From positions 275,645-339,644 of the forward strand of contig NMRA01000204.1 in assembly GCA_002633005.1 (NCBI GenBank): 64,000 nt of DNA, given 5' to 3'. Below, piece by piece: positions 1 through 13,000 of this stretch (its first letter is position 1; every line of letters starts with the position of its first letter). The notes below the pieces were generated by a model, which did no database searches, was not told the DNA's origin, and worked only from the letters and a program-made list of their open reading frames with translations. Both the position numbers and the translations under genes were made by a program. The DNA comes from Phoronis australis (taxonomy: Eukaryota > Animalia > Phoronida).

Positions 1-98
1 ATTTCACGTTTAAGCGCCCATGTCTGGTTAACCGCCCACCCCCGATGTTTTGGGTTCGCCAATTTAACCGCCCAGGGCGTTAACCCGAACGATTACGG
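1..98 (-). mobile_element. End of a second, inverted copy of the same TIR element (continues left of the window)
   Basis: 1-98 is the near-exact reverse complement of about 11729-11826 and is followed by TA at 99-100. Confidence 0.9.
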
Positions 99-1624
99 TA
101 GTTGTCACAGGGAACAGTTGTCGGTGCAAATTGTCTCAGTGTGACTTGCTCCACATTAGTTGCATTTACACAACATTGGATTGCAACCGGGATGATCCTG
201 AGCCATTTACACAAAGACTGTCTGCCCATACTTGCATATTAACAATTCTGAATGTCCAAACCATGTGGAATGCTAGCAATAAGCATAACAGAAGTTTAAG
301 ATCAAAAAACCTACGATCGCCGCACAAATAAAAAGTTCATATTCAATCAACGTTTCGTCTATTCATTAGACATCATCTGTTTGTGTTTTGATGTATAATT
401 GAAACTGGAGCAACTGATCATGCGTTACTTCTTCTACTTCTCAAACCACTGTCAAAAATGGCCGCCGCAGTGTCAACTTGCTTTGTGTCAGTAGTGTTTA
501 CACACACTTGCGCTCGATCAGCTGTGTTAGTTACACCATGACAACTGTTTCCTGTTTAAATGCTGGTATAAGTGAGACAACTTTTATGGCACTTCAAGTG
601 GTTGAAATCAAAAGTTTGCTTCTATGACTGGAACATGGATTTATAGCCACCAACGGTTCATGATACAAGCTACAATTGCGGCACTGCTATTAATTCAAAC
701 TTTCTAATAATTTTGCATTTCTTAAGTGAAAGTTATGCTTTAGTTTGATCGTGTCCCTATATTTTCTCTGATAGTTCGTTCACGTTGAATAAGTTTTTAT
801 GAGTTTACACAACCACAGAAACCTTCAAATAATTTCACAGACTGTGTGTTTAACAAAATGATAATTCATAAAACTTTGTACAACTAGGTTAGGAGGAAAG
901 AATTTGTGCAACAGATCCAAGGGCATTGCTGGGAATCAAGGTCATTACTTATGGTCTGTACCGGATGTTTAATGTGGGTTAATTAATGGTTGGATCCCTT
1001 AATGTTTATGCAAATGCTAGTTCAATTAATTTAAGTGGAGTACTGTTTGGGTTGGTTAAATTCACCACAGAATGTACCTCAGAGCATGTAGGAAGCAATG
1101 GGGATTAAAGAGGGACCCATTAGGGGTCCAAGCCCCTTTACAGACATAACCCAAAAACGCTGTCTACATGCTCCTTATGGCCGTCATCCTAGATCTGCAA
1201 TGATATACTAGATTACCGTAACACCATAGATGTACCAGTCACAACTGCTACCCCAAACTTTCAACTCTTTCACTTTTACCTTCTCTTGCTAGATTATATC
1301 CTCACCGTTAGTGTCTACATTCTTGACTTTTGCTCCTGTTCTTGTCAGCGTGTGTCTATTGTTATGTATTCCAGTTCCCAAGCCAATTTTTCCGACATCA
1401 CAATCACAATGCCAATTCATGAAAAGAATCCTGCAAGTTGACAACCACTCAAGATTGGGCAACTGGACCAGTTTGCTCACCACAGAATTTAATGCTGGTT
1501 CAGATCAAAGACACCATTCTGTTATGGTTAATTAAATCGTCTCAGGCTGCTGATGTTAATGGTCTCTAGATCCAGAGACCTATCATAAACACATTGGGAG
1601 TGACAACAGTATTTTTAAATTTTC

Positions 1625-1800
1625 GATTTGAAAGTTTGTAAATAGCATATAGATCATGAAAAGCACATGTGATTAGGTTTTTGAATTTTTAAAATTGGAC
1701 AAGAGATGCGACTTTTACAATCTAAAACATTTGTTTATGTTACAATAATATGCCAAATCACCAGGCAGCAGTTGGATTTTGAGGTAAGCCAAGTGTCATC
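1625..1800 (+). repeat. Dispersed repeat family B, copy 1
   Basis: Matches the reverse complement of 28865-29098 (caggcagcagttggatttYgaggtaag; aaaattggacaaga). Confidence 0.75.
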
Positions 1801-1833
1801 ACCATGGCAGCAATCTGTTGTTTGGAAACTTTT

Positions 1834-2304
1834 CCAGAGGTGAGGGGTTCTGAACATGCGAAAACATCTGGCTCCTTTGTTAACTGCCCAGGACAGTCTA
1901 TTGTCCTGTATGACAACAAGCAGGCCTGAATTATCTACTAGGCTTCACTGGGTTACTGAAATCTGGCAGAATAGATTGTCTTAACTTCTGTTGTAGTTGG
2001 GCGATTTTGGTGATTCAAAAACTAAACATGATCAGCATTTGACAAGGAATTCAGTAATGCCATTGGTTTAAGTTTAAATATGTTATAACTTAGCTTTCAT
2101 TTTTAGCAGCACAGCCCAGTCAGGCTGATAGGATCTGATTGGAGATTAGAGCAATTATCGAACAAAAGAGAGCAGGCCCTCACACCATAAATGCCAGAAT
2201 GGAGTTAATCAGTCGTGTAAGATATTGGCTACCAGCATAAACTTCCCAACTTGTTGTTGGGCTATAGAATTGAACAAGTTGGGAGCAACTGGAAAACGCC
2301 ATAA
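1834..2304 (+). repeat. Dispersed repeat family A, copy 1 (about 470 bp)
   Basis: Colinear similarity to 20045-20545, e.g. ctcctttgttaactgcc, gaatagattgtc, attggagattagagcaattatcgaacaaaagag. Confidence 0.85.
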
Positions 2305-3586
2305 CGACACACTAATCTTGGCATGTATCTGCCATGGTTCAAAGTGTTACTAAAACCATTCATCAATGAGTACCAGAGAATGGAAACCTAATACATCTAT
2401 TTATTTATCTATTCCTAAATGTGTTAAAATTATCCTATCATAAGTTTTAGGAGGAAAAAAATTTCTGAGGCCGAAGTGTTTGAATCATCACAAGTTTTAG
2501 TTCAGGATATATCAAATTATTTTAGCCAGTGTTGCTTCCCCCCACATATTTTTGTGTTTCTCATATCACTGAACTCATTGGAGTACGATAAATGAAAGCA
2601 TGACATGATGATGTGTGTTTATAATATGAAGTTATTGATGTGTGTCTGTAACCTTGTCTCGTGGGAGGTCATTGTGTTGATGCATTAAGTTGGATATATT
2701 ATGAGGTAAAATGTTGGAGACAGATCCCATGGGATATTGGTAGAAAGACGTATCCATTGTTCGCTTTGTTTTTTCTTTCTTATAATAAAAATAATGGCAA
2801 GCATTTATCGGTAATGGGCTGATGTGCGCCCAAGGTACGATATCCATGCGACCTGTGTTGTTATATCCAACGAAGATACAACAAAGGAAAACAATAGAAG
2901 CGTGTCGTTGGTGATAACCATGTAACGCGCTTACGCCTGTTGTAGGGATGTAGCAAATTAAACAATACTTTGCGACCACCATAAGACGTCATTTGGCATG
3001 GGTTATATTAACAAACGAACTCTCTGAGGAGTCTAGTTAAGCAGGACTGCATTGAGGAGACCCATGCCCTGGAAGACAGTATTGTACTTCTGCAGATTAT
3101 GAATCACGAATCACTTGTTATTATGCAAATCCCACTTCTACAATATCATTTTCGTGGTGCTTAACTTTCTGGTAAATTCTGTCTAGATCTAGCGCTTTTT
3201 GGGTTTAACTCTTATGCATTGTACATTGTATTTTTGGTATTAAACATTAAAAAAACAAAAAATCTACATCATAAGCCCTAGCTTTGGAAACACCTCAAAA
3301 ATGCCATTCAGGCATGCGGTTTTAGGCACTAGATTCGTCAGTGTTCATTGCTTAAGTCCTGATGGACTGCTTTTATCACTTTTGACCAGCTGTCATGATT
3401 GGGAATGTGGATCATTTAATTGTCTTCAGGTGGCTTTTGATGTGCACTTAACCCTCTCCTGTATAGTATTTATTGTTGATATAGTATATTATGTTCCATA
3501 ACTGTGGAAGTACGTCAGTTTTGCAATTTCCATTTTTTTCAGCTATCCCTGAGTTTCCAGTGAAACTCTCCGAGGACCCGGAGATC

Positions 3587-4030
3587 ATGGATAAAGTATA
3601 CAAGGAATACCTGCGAAAGTCGGGCAAGCTGTCCCGAATGAACACTATGGACTTAATTGAACAGCTTGACATTCAAGTGGATCAGAACGATCATTACACC
3701 AGTAATGGAGCCATACGCAACAACCAGGAACTGTCCATCGAGGAGAAACAATTCCTATTGGCCGCTGAGCGCGGTGACCTAGGACGCATACGTAGTGTAC
3801 TGGAGGCATCGCAGCTCTACTTAACAGCACTCAATATCAACTGTGTGGATCCTCTGGGTCGGTCGGCATTGTTAATTTCAATAGAGAATGAGAATATCGA
3901 GTTGATGGAACTACTTTTGGCATTTGATGTAGAAGTGGGCGATGCCCTGCTCCACGCTATCAACGAGGAAAATGTGGAAGCCGTTGAGTTACTACTCAAT
4001 CACCAGTCCAACAAAAAGAAAGATATCATG
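3587..4030 (+). CDS. TRPC: TRPC coding exon 1 (ankyrin repeats)
   Basis: [11 protein letters not shown]...[13 protein letters not shown]...KKKDIM|gtagg; acceptor ttttttcag ends at 3542. Confidence 0.92.
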
Positions 4031-7000
4031 GTAGGTTTACCAAATTCTTGTGTCCGATTTTTAAAGTCCTGGTTATCTTTGTTGTATTTCTCTTCAAACA
4101 TCTCGATTTTAACCTAACGATTCATCTTGCAATTTACCCTGTTTGAAATCAAACCAAGTGAATGAGCTAGGCCAGTTACATATCATATGAGAAGTAACGG
4201 ACTCAAGATATGTAGAAGCCTAAAAATGTACACACATCTCAGAAATTGAACGGTTTTTATGAAAGTTTCATATACTTTGCTTTATGCATTGTTCATCTGA
4301 AAACTGTGTTTTGAAATGTTTTAAACATGTTTCAATTTATAGATGACATGTTATTAAAAATAGAACTTTCATGGTTTTCATAAAAAGTTGAGTTTTACGT
4401 AGAATGAAAACAAAATCTTTTACATTATAACAGTGTTTGTGTGATTTATCGTGAGCATTTACATTAAGTTTAACTTGTTCATGTTATTGACACCACCTGC
4501 TATCATTGCACCTTTCCTTTTTGCTAAATTTCACTAAAAACATCGTCATGTGACTCCGTTAATCAAATGGCAGAGTGGTAAAAATTCAAAAATCAAATTC
4601 TTCAGTTTTTCTACTTTCAACAAATATATACTTCTATTGACTTAAGTTAAAATCTAGTCTTCATCTATTTTGCTACCCAAAAAGGATCTACACAACCTTA
4701 ACACTTTTGTGAAGGTCTTAATTTGTTTTGGAGTGAAGGATAATGTTCAAGGCTATTTGATTCCTCTTCCAAATTAATGCTGTGGTCATCAAGTGCAATA
4801 TAGATTTACGCAGTCATCCTCGCACACCAGTCTACTCGAGCACACAGTAATAGACACTTACCTAGAATTCATACCAAGGTAGAACGGAGGATGTTAAAAA
4901 TAATGTTGAGCTTATTTTCAAGTAAAATATTAGATAATGCTACTGGACTAATGCCCTCAGAAGTTGAAACCAAACTTGAAGTTCTTGTAAGACTCTCCTG
5001 TTGCGTAGCGTTGTCAGTGTCTGTCTAATGTCTACCACTTTCTTTTCATGAATGTACACAAAGTTGGAGCTATGTTTTTATAACCAAGAGCACTCATTAA
5101 TACAGAAAAGTTTTTGGCTTATATAACAATGAGAGTCCAAAAATGATACCATGTAATGCATCCTAACATACCAGGAAAGACCAACACTCATAATACTGTT
5201 AAAAGAAAAAATGTGTTAAGAAAATCGGATGGCACGAAAAAGTAAAAAAATTATTCCCATTGTAGTCCTTCCTTTATAAATAATGAAAATTATAAGCTCA
5301 GCAATAGATAGATGCATAAATTAATGTACAACTAAATAGATGAATAAATAAACACATGAATAATTTTATGAATAAAATTGAAATTGAATAATTACATACA
5401 TAAATAAATAATTATATAAAAAGTTAGATAAATAAGCCCAGATAAGAAAGGTACATTATATAGAATTGAACTGCTGGACTTTATCACTTCCTGAGCCACT
5501 TACTATGGTAAAAATTCTTCAATTTGGGACAAGACAAATTGCTAAAATGCCGTATTTTTAGTTTTCAGAGGTTCACCACATTTTCGTTAACTAAGTTTTA
5601 TAAAATGTTGTTTGGAGATTCCTGCACCACCCAAACCAAGCTAAAATCAAAGTAAATTTTCTTGAAAAGTTACCTTTGTTGAGAAATTTGATGAAATGAA
5701 ATTTCACCTGTCTGCCATATGGTATCCCAAACTGGAGAATTTATACCTCTTACATTGTTTGTAATCCCTTGAAGTTTCATACTCGAGTCCACGGTTTCAT
5801 CCAAGGAGCATGGTTATCAATCTTCATGACGTGTGTTTCTTTTGCAGTCAGTGGTGAGTGGACATGTCAGTTAGCCTGAACTATTAAAACCATTATTTTT
5901 TAAGTCTAAATTTGAGGTGTTGTTTTAATTATTTTTGTGTCCATTTTTGGCACTCATCTCGCCATCTGTCAGACGCTTAAAGTAATAGTCAAGAACAGGT
6001 TTCGACATTTTGAATACCAACTTTGTCAGTCCACCGAATAACGGGCATCAAACTGTATCTCAAAATCCAGAACTCTGTTAAATGTCTATTTCTGAAAGAT
6101 CATGATGAAATTTTACAAATGTTCTCCTATTCAAATGATCACAACAGTTGTGCAATTTATTTAGCTTTTTAATCAGTTAAGTTTGCGCATCTTCTCATAT
6201 CACTAGTTAGGGGCTGAAAACATAAAGATAGCCATTTTTCAGATATAGCTACAATTACGAATTGTACCCTGTGGTTAAATAGCAATTGAGAAAGTAGTGG
6301 AAAATGTCCTGTGGCCTTGTATCAAGATTTAATGCAGTGTGATTTCGCAAATGATTTTTAGTGGGAAAATTTTATATCTGCATGTTGTCAAATTGCCACT
6401 AACGTGTGGTAGGATAACCAAAGAATTCACATGAAAATGATTGTCCAGTTTTGTAAATTTGTTCGTGGATGAAAGAAATTGTTCTCTTCCCTGTCACCTT
6501 GGACACAAAAATTAGAAACTGGGCCATGCAAAAGACCTCTCACAAGACTTGTGTGAATAATAGGACTCTCCGGACACTCGAGTATCGGTGGTTTGTTAAC
6601 CACAACCACTTTTACAGCCTTCTTTTCGTGCCATTGTAATTACACGTTTTTGTTGTATTTGTTCGTTTTCCGTGGCTGCATGACTATTCTTCCTTCACTG
6701 CCAACAAAAGATTACTGCAAATCCAACGGGAAACTTTGGGTAAACTCGACAAATATCTGTGGATTCGTAATGTTAAATTCTTCACCTTCCAATTGAATAA
6801 CTGGAAAATGTGTGCAAATGGATAAACCCAAGTTCATCGGGTTGATTTTAAACTGAACAGGATCCCCTTTCTTGAAGAAATTTTCAATTATGGTACTTTT
6901 AAACTGTTGAATTTGATAATGTTTCCATAACCATGCACCGCAACGGTTTTGGGCACAAAAAACAACTTGCTTTCTAAATGCCTATGTATTGAGGAGAGAC

Positions 7001-10000
7001 GCTGTTGAGTTTGGTATTGTCTTGACTGTCTCATGATAAAATTAAAAGTAGGATTCACCTCAGCAAGAAGTAATGACCTACCTTGGTCAGATAAATTGTG
7101 CACAGCCTTATATTACTTTGTGGCTTTCCGTTGGTTGTGTTTCACATGAATCCTGTATGCTTTTAACTTAGATATTTTACCAACAGGGTGGTGTGTTTGT
7201 TATAATTGCTGGTGAGGAATACTGTTTGTTCCGTGGCAAGTTACAGATTGAGGTTAAAGAGCAGGATTTGAATTTTAAGAAATTTTAATTCGCTATATGC
7301 ATTAAAGCCAGCTGCTTATATCAAATAACCAAGGCACAGATAAACTCAATTGATTTTTATTTATTTACATGCTGGTTCATTAATTCAAGAACACGAAACA
7401 TTTCTTCAAGGGAACTTGCTCTTTCGGGTTTCCATGCCTGCAAATTAATACTTTTTGTTTACTTAGAGTGGCCACACAGAAGAGATAAGACAAGCTTTAA
7501 TTTTGAGTGTTATCACTTATTAACTTAAGTGACTGAACTCAAGACTGAAATTGAGACTGTATATGATTTGCAGTAGTGATGTGTTTGTTTCTAAGAACGT
7601 TACTCTTTCTTTCTCATCTAAGTTCAAATAAAAAAGGTCAATCAGTGGATTGACTGGTCAGGGGTGTCGAGTTTGATAATGCCCCCTATTGGCAATCTTG
7701 TCTTGGGGTCTGGTGAACAACACCCACTGGAGCAGGTTGGTTCCATTTACAAGGGTTGGAAACAACTGTGCACAGCTGTTGTACTCATGAACATAGCTCC
7801 TTACCACGGCCAGAAACTATTTACTGAACAACTCAAAAACATATGTCTCACCAACCTATTAACACAGCGCTGAACTCACAAAACATGACGTGTCGCCAAA
7901 ACACATTTCAGCTACTTGCAAACTCGTTACCAGACTCAAAAGACACGGCTTTCTCACTGCCGAACATCTGGTGCGTGACTGATGCTCAATGTCCACATGT
8001 CGTGTTAGACGGTCAGTGAGTCATGTACATGAATGATTAACTATGTACGCTAGCCGTGTTCCTATCCTGTAGATGGACCTCTCCAACCTGCTCCAGCTGG
8101 GGTTGCTCACTGCGACCCTTTTATCATGTGTTCTCGACTGTAAGGCAATGAGTGATATCATTTCATAAAAATTTAACATTTGAATGTGTGATTCTTATTT
8201 TTTTCTTTACTTCTTACTCACGAAGCATGCAAACTTGGATTTTGACACGTTACTGAGAAATTAATTGTATGAGGAGCATCAGGCTTGTTTCCATCAATTT
8301 TCATTTGCCCCATGTACGTATAGCTGATACTGCCTACAGTGGCACATACGGTAATAAGTTTTGGCATTTTTCCTCTATATGTCCACTACCAACCAATCAC
8401 TCATTGGATCATCATGAAATTTAGCAGACGTGTTCTTGTCAAGGAGACGCGGCTACTGATACATTTCCATGTTAGGCCACTACTGTTGCACTCCCTATTG
8501 CTCTGCTCCCTACAATATTTTAGTGTTTGTTTTTGGCGTTCACTTCTGTTAGTCTTCCAAACGAGTTAAAGGATTGTCATTAATGAGAGGACGTCTGACT
8601 AAGGTTGATTTTGGACATGCCTCAATGTCCACCATGTTTGGTAAAGGATGGTCATCGTGAAATATATTAAGGGATTGACAGGAGCATGGCTGATATTTAT
8701 TTTCGGACTCAGAGTCCCACTATGCCCTGGAGTGGCAGTTTTAATTTTTGCATTTGCCTCATTATCCACCAGTTGAGTGAATGATCGTCCTGAAATTTGA
8801 CAGACAATTGTTTCTAATGGGATAGCATTTGGCTGATGTGATGAGCATTTTCAGACAAACCTACACTGCTATGCCCTCTGTTGCTTTTTTGACGTGTATT
8901 ACCTTTGGTGATTCTCCTACTAGTTATTACACTCTATCAGTTGGTACACGGCCTTAAAATGCCACGGAGATCCTCAAATAATTTGTACATGTGACGCCGT
9001 GGAGGTAAGTCATACATCACTACTCTTGGATTAACTCTGCTTTAATTTTTAGGCTTTGTGGCAATTTCAATATGTACTAGGATTGTCCACTTTTGGTTGG
9101 CTTACGTATCTCCATAGGCTCAACTTGCACTTCACCAGTGTTGCTTAAAATAATGCCCTCCAATGGATGGAAATCATCAACCCTTATATCTTTACTATTT
9201 TCTATATTCATGGTTGAATATCTGCGGTGCTCTTGTAAAAGTTTTGTTAACATTTTATTTTATGAAATTTTATGAGGTAACATCTTTTCACTGACCTCTT
9301 ACTTTTTCTTGATGTAACGAGTTTTGTCACACATGCATGTCATACAGTGGACGCCAAAAGTAATCAAACAGAATACCATTTCTCTGTCATGACGTGTCAT
9401 TCTAGATACGCCAATGGTGTCAGTTTCGCTGGCACTGACAGCTGTCGTGATGGGGGAAATTACACTTACCGCTTACTCTTAGTGGTCATTTTGTCGACTG
9501 ATTATTTTTGGCGTATACTGTATAAACTATGCACTGACACAGTTTTTCCTTTCAAATGGTTTTCTATTTGATATAAATTGGAGTACTCTCTGCAGTTTCT
9601 TGACAGTTATGATTGATAACCTGCATCATTTCTTTCACTCGCCCACGTTTACTTGTGGCTCATGACTCCACCCAGTCATTTTACTTCGTCTCCACCAAAA
9701 TGAATTGATTTTTATGAATCCACATTTAGTTCTTAATGCGCTTGTGCATCAGAAATTTGTAATGCTTTTTAATCATTCCATAACTGCTTTGCATAATGCG
9801 TTTCCCAAAATAACAGTTATTAATTGACTGAGGAAGCAAAATTACTTTTGAACACTTTAATGTCCAAACCCTCATCCCTAGCCCAGGATTCTTTTAGCTG
9901 CCTTACTCTTGGAAATATATATATATATATATTTTTGTATTGGAATTTTTGTTCTTAATTCACACGAATATTTTTGCTCTCATAGTTTGGAGAAAATATT

Positions 10001-13000
10001 CCACCATAGGTTTGTTTTGTTTCTTTATACATGAAGGACTTCCCTTCTCGATTTGACAACCTTCAGCTCGCCAGTGCAACCTCTGATTTTATTTGGTGAC
10101 CTGATGAATATCCCCAGTAGCCACAATCACATACGTACAATGTTTTTATATCTATAGCCACTATTGCGCACACATTCTAGCATGTGCTCCAAATACCACT
10201 GGAAATAAACAGATGGCAAAAACTGGAAAGGCACATTCATGACTCGTGGACAATGTGCCCTCATTGCTTGCCTTCATCCTTGAGGTAGGAGTCTAGCTTC
10301 AGCGCAATGTTTGGTTTGAAGGGGAAAATAGACGTCACTGAGCGGACGATATACTCTCAATTTTCCGTTCTACCACAAAAACCCTACGTGGGTGTTCCGG
10401 CGGACATTTGCCCAGTTGCCCTAGTTTATCAATTCACATGTCAACCAGGACTTTTACACCTCTGCATATGGCTCTCCTTGTTTTGGCTTGCTCATTTTGT
10501 ATTTGGTGATTTGGGAACTTTGCCAGGTCGCATTTGTCAAGTTGAGGTCTTTTGCTAAACATCGAGAGCCCTGATGTTTGTTCATTTATTTCTGTGTTAT
10601 ACCACCTATGTGTTGAATAGCATTTATCTAGTCTATTTATTTTAGAGTACCCATTACATGCCAATTTTGACAATTCAGAGGTTACTCATAGCCTTTAATT
10701 CTGGTCATTGTAGCGTGAATAAAATTTTACCCATCATTAGAAAGCCTCCTGTTTTACAGTACCCTGTACTTTGTCAATAGAATTGTATAACTGCCCAATT
10801 TGTCAGTAGGATCCTGTTGTGTGGTGTAAATCATTTACCACATTAGCGTTGGTGTCACAGCTGTAAAACACTCTGGTTAAAATTATTTCATGTATCATGG
10901 ACTAAAACTCGAGCTTTTCAGACTGTTTGGCTTCTGTAACGTAATTCCTAAAAAAGTTTAAGTTGAAGAAATACATATTAGGCAAAATAGACGCCTTAGG
11001 TATAGTGCCCGGTTGCATGAAACTGTCCCAAGCATGAAATCAGCTAAGGTCCCTAAATGCCTGTTGCCAGGGACTTGTGAAAACACTGAATGTCTTCTCT
11101 TATACTGTTTTAGTTTCATTACTAAATCAATTTTCAGCTTTGATTCAAAGCACGAGTGATTTTTACGTTGATTAAATTTTCAGTATCATTCAAGATAAGT
11201 CCAGGGATCCTTTGGTTGTCTTTGGTCAAAATTTGCTTGATCAATTGCATTGAAATTATCAGAAACACTTTAACTGATGGTTTTGCATAATGCTGAAACC
11301 TCACACACTCAGGGGACATTATACGACAGAGTAGTGAAGTTTTCTATTTTTCATAAACAAGAAGCAGGACCAAATAAATGCTTTATAAATTGTAAGTTCC
11401 GTGCCATACCGCCTGGCGATGTTTTCAGAATTTGTAGGAATTAGCAATAATGTTACAAGCCGCCTTTGAAAAATGAGAAAGAGATTGATTTTGGCAATTA
11501 GTTTTGTGGGAAATTTGTGACATTTTACTGTAACGATTTCTTTCTTCAGGATCTACTCTCTCGTAAAACACGCCAAAAAATGGCTTGCAATCTTTGTTTT
11601 TCCACCTATCTTGGGGACCAGACACTCTCATTTTTGGACGTGGTCACAAAATTGGATTTTTTTGTTTTTAGTAACAAATTTTTCAATGTAAGTTGAATTC
11701 AGTTTACAAAGATTCCAAAGTTTATATACCGTAAACGTTCGGGTTAACGCCCTGGGCGGTTAAATTGGCAAACCCAAAAAATCGGGGGTGGGCGGTTAAC
11801 CAGACATGGGCGCTTAAACGTGAAATTTCAAGAAATCTAGGGTGGGCGGTTAACCGAACATGGGCACTTATTACGACAGGCAACCGCCCTGGGCGGTTAA
11901 TCTTACCTCGTACTCGGAACGCGTAGCACTTTTCAAAGAGCGTTATCGTCACGTCGCCAGATGACGGGAAAAATGTCATAACAGCGGATGATCCCAACAA
12001 AGATTCTCTTGCCCTCAGATTAGTTATTCACTATTAAATTTACAGAATTGCTGAGTGATTTAATAGCCCCGTGGCGTCCTGCGGTCTTGTTACTTTGCCC
12101 TCTAGAGCGCAGACGACCAGTGACCATGCAGCCTCTACTAGGATTGCAACTATTTCAAGATGTGACCTTGTTAAAGTGCGCGCGTGCAAGCTTCACGTGT
12201 TGCAGAGGTCACAGCGGACATCAAATTTATGGTTACAGTCTCGTACTGAGCTGCCAAGTTCATAGTCTGAGAGCAGTTTTAAAATTAGTAGTAATAAAAG
12301 TTTGAAAAACTTAATTCAAATGTTTTTTGTGTTTGTGATGTTTACAGTCGACACTCCGTGACTCAATGACATTTTCAGCGTATGGTTCTGCGGCTAGCTG
12401 TTTTATCTCGACCGCCCGGCATTGCTCACTTGCCGTTGCACCAAACATGCTCGGCAAAGAACTAGGCCTAAGACAAGAATCGGGGTTAAGCGGCCGTGAG
12501 CCACTCGTCAATCAAGCATAAAATTTCGAGCCACGGCATAAATAAAACGCCACAAAACAGCGATGTTTCAATTCATTCTTAAACGATCACCTTACCAAAC
12601 TTCGTGGTGGAAAAACATTTATTTTTCATGCAAGATGTCCAGATTATCCTATTTATATCACTTGCAATATCGCACTGCGGCACTGTTCGGTCCCGCAGTT
12701 AGCGCGCAATGTCTCAGTCTTCTGACAATCGTGACTTGGAAATGCCTCTTTCAATATGCATGTCGTTTTTATGGCCAAAGATAGTGGCGGGATTCAGCAC
12801 GCACGTAGGGCCTACGTGTGAGTCACCTGTCAATCACGTTGGTGTCAAGGTAACATGCACTGCAAAGTGTGGAACTTGCGCACGTGCACCAAAATGACTA
12901 CAAAGTCAAACATCAAAAGAGAATAGCCCTAAGGAACAAAAACGGGCGTGACAAAATATTTTTAGGCTGTTGTTACAAAAGACCCAGTTCTTTACGATAT

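Noticed and set aside
2632-2982. 116-aa minus-strand ORF upstream of TRPC exon 1
   Set aside because: No recognisable motif or exon structure.
9347-9571. ORF containing [11 protein letters not shown], as a possible extra exon of the nested Cys-rich gene
   Set aside because: The phase does not fit the neighbouring blocks and there is no clear donor, so it was left out of the model.
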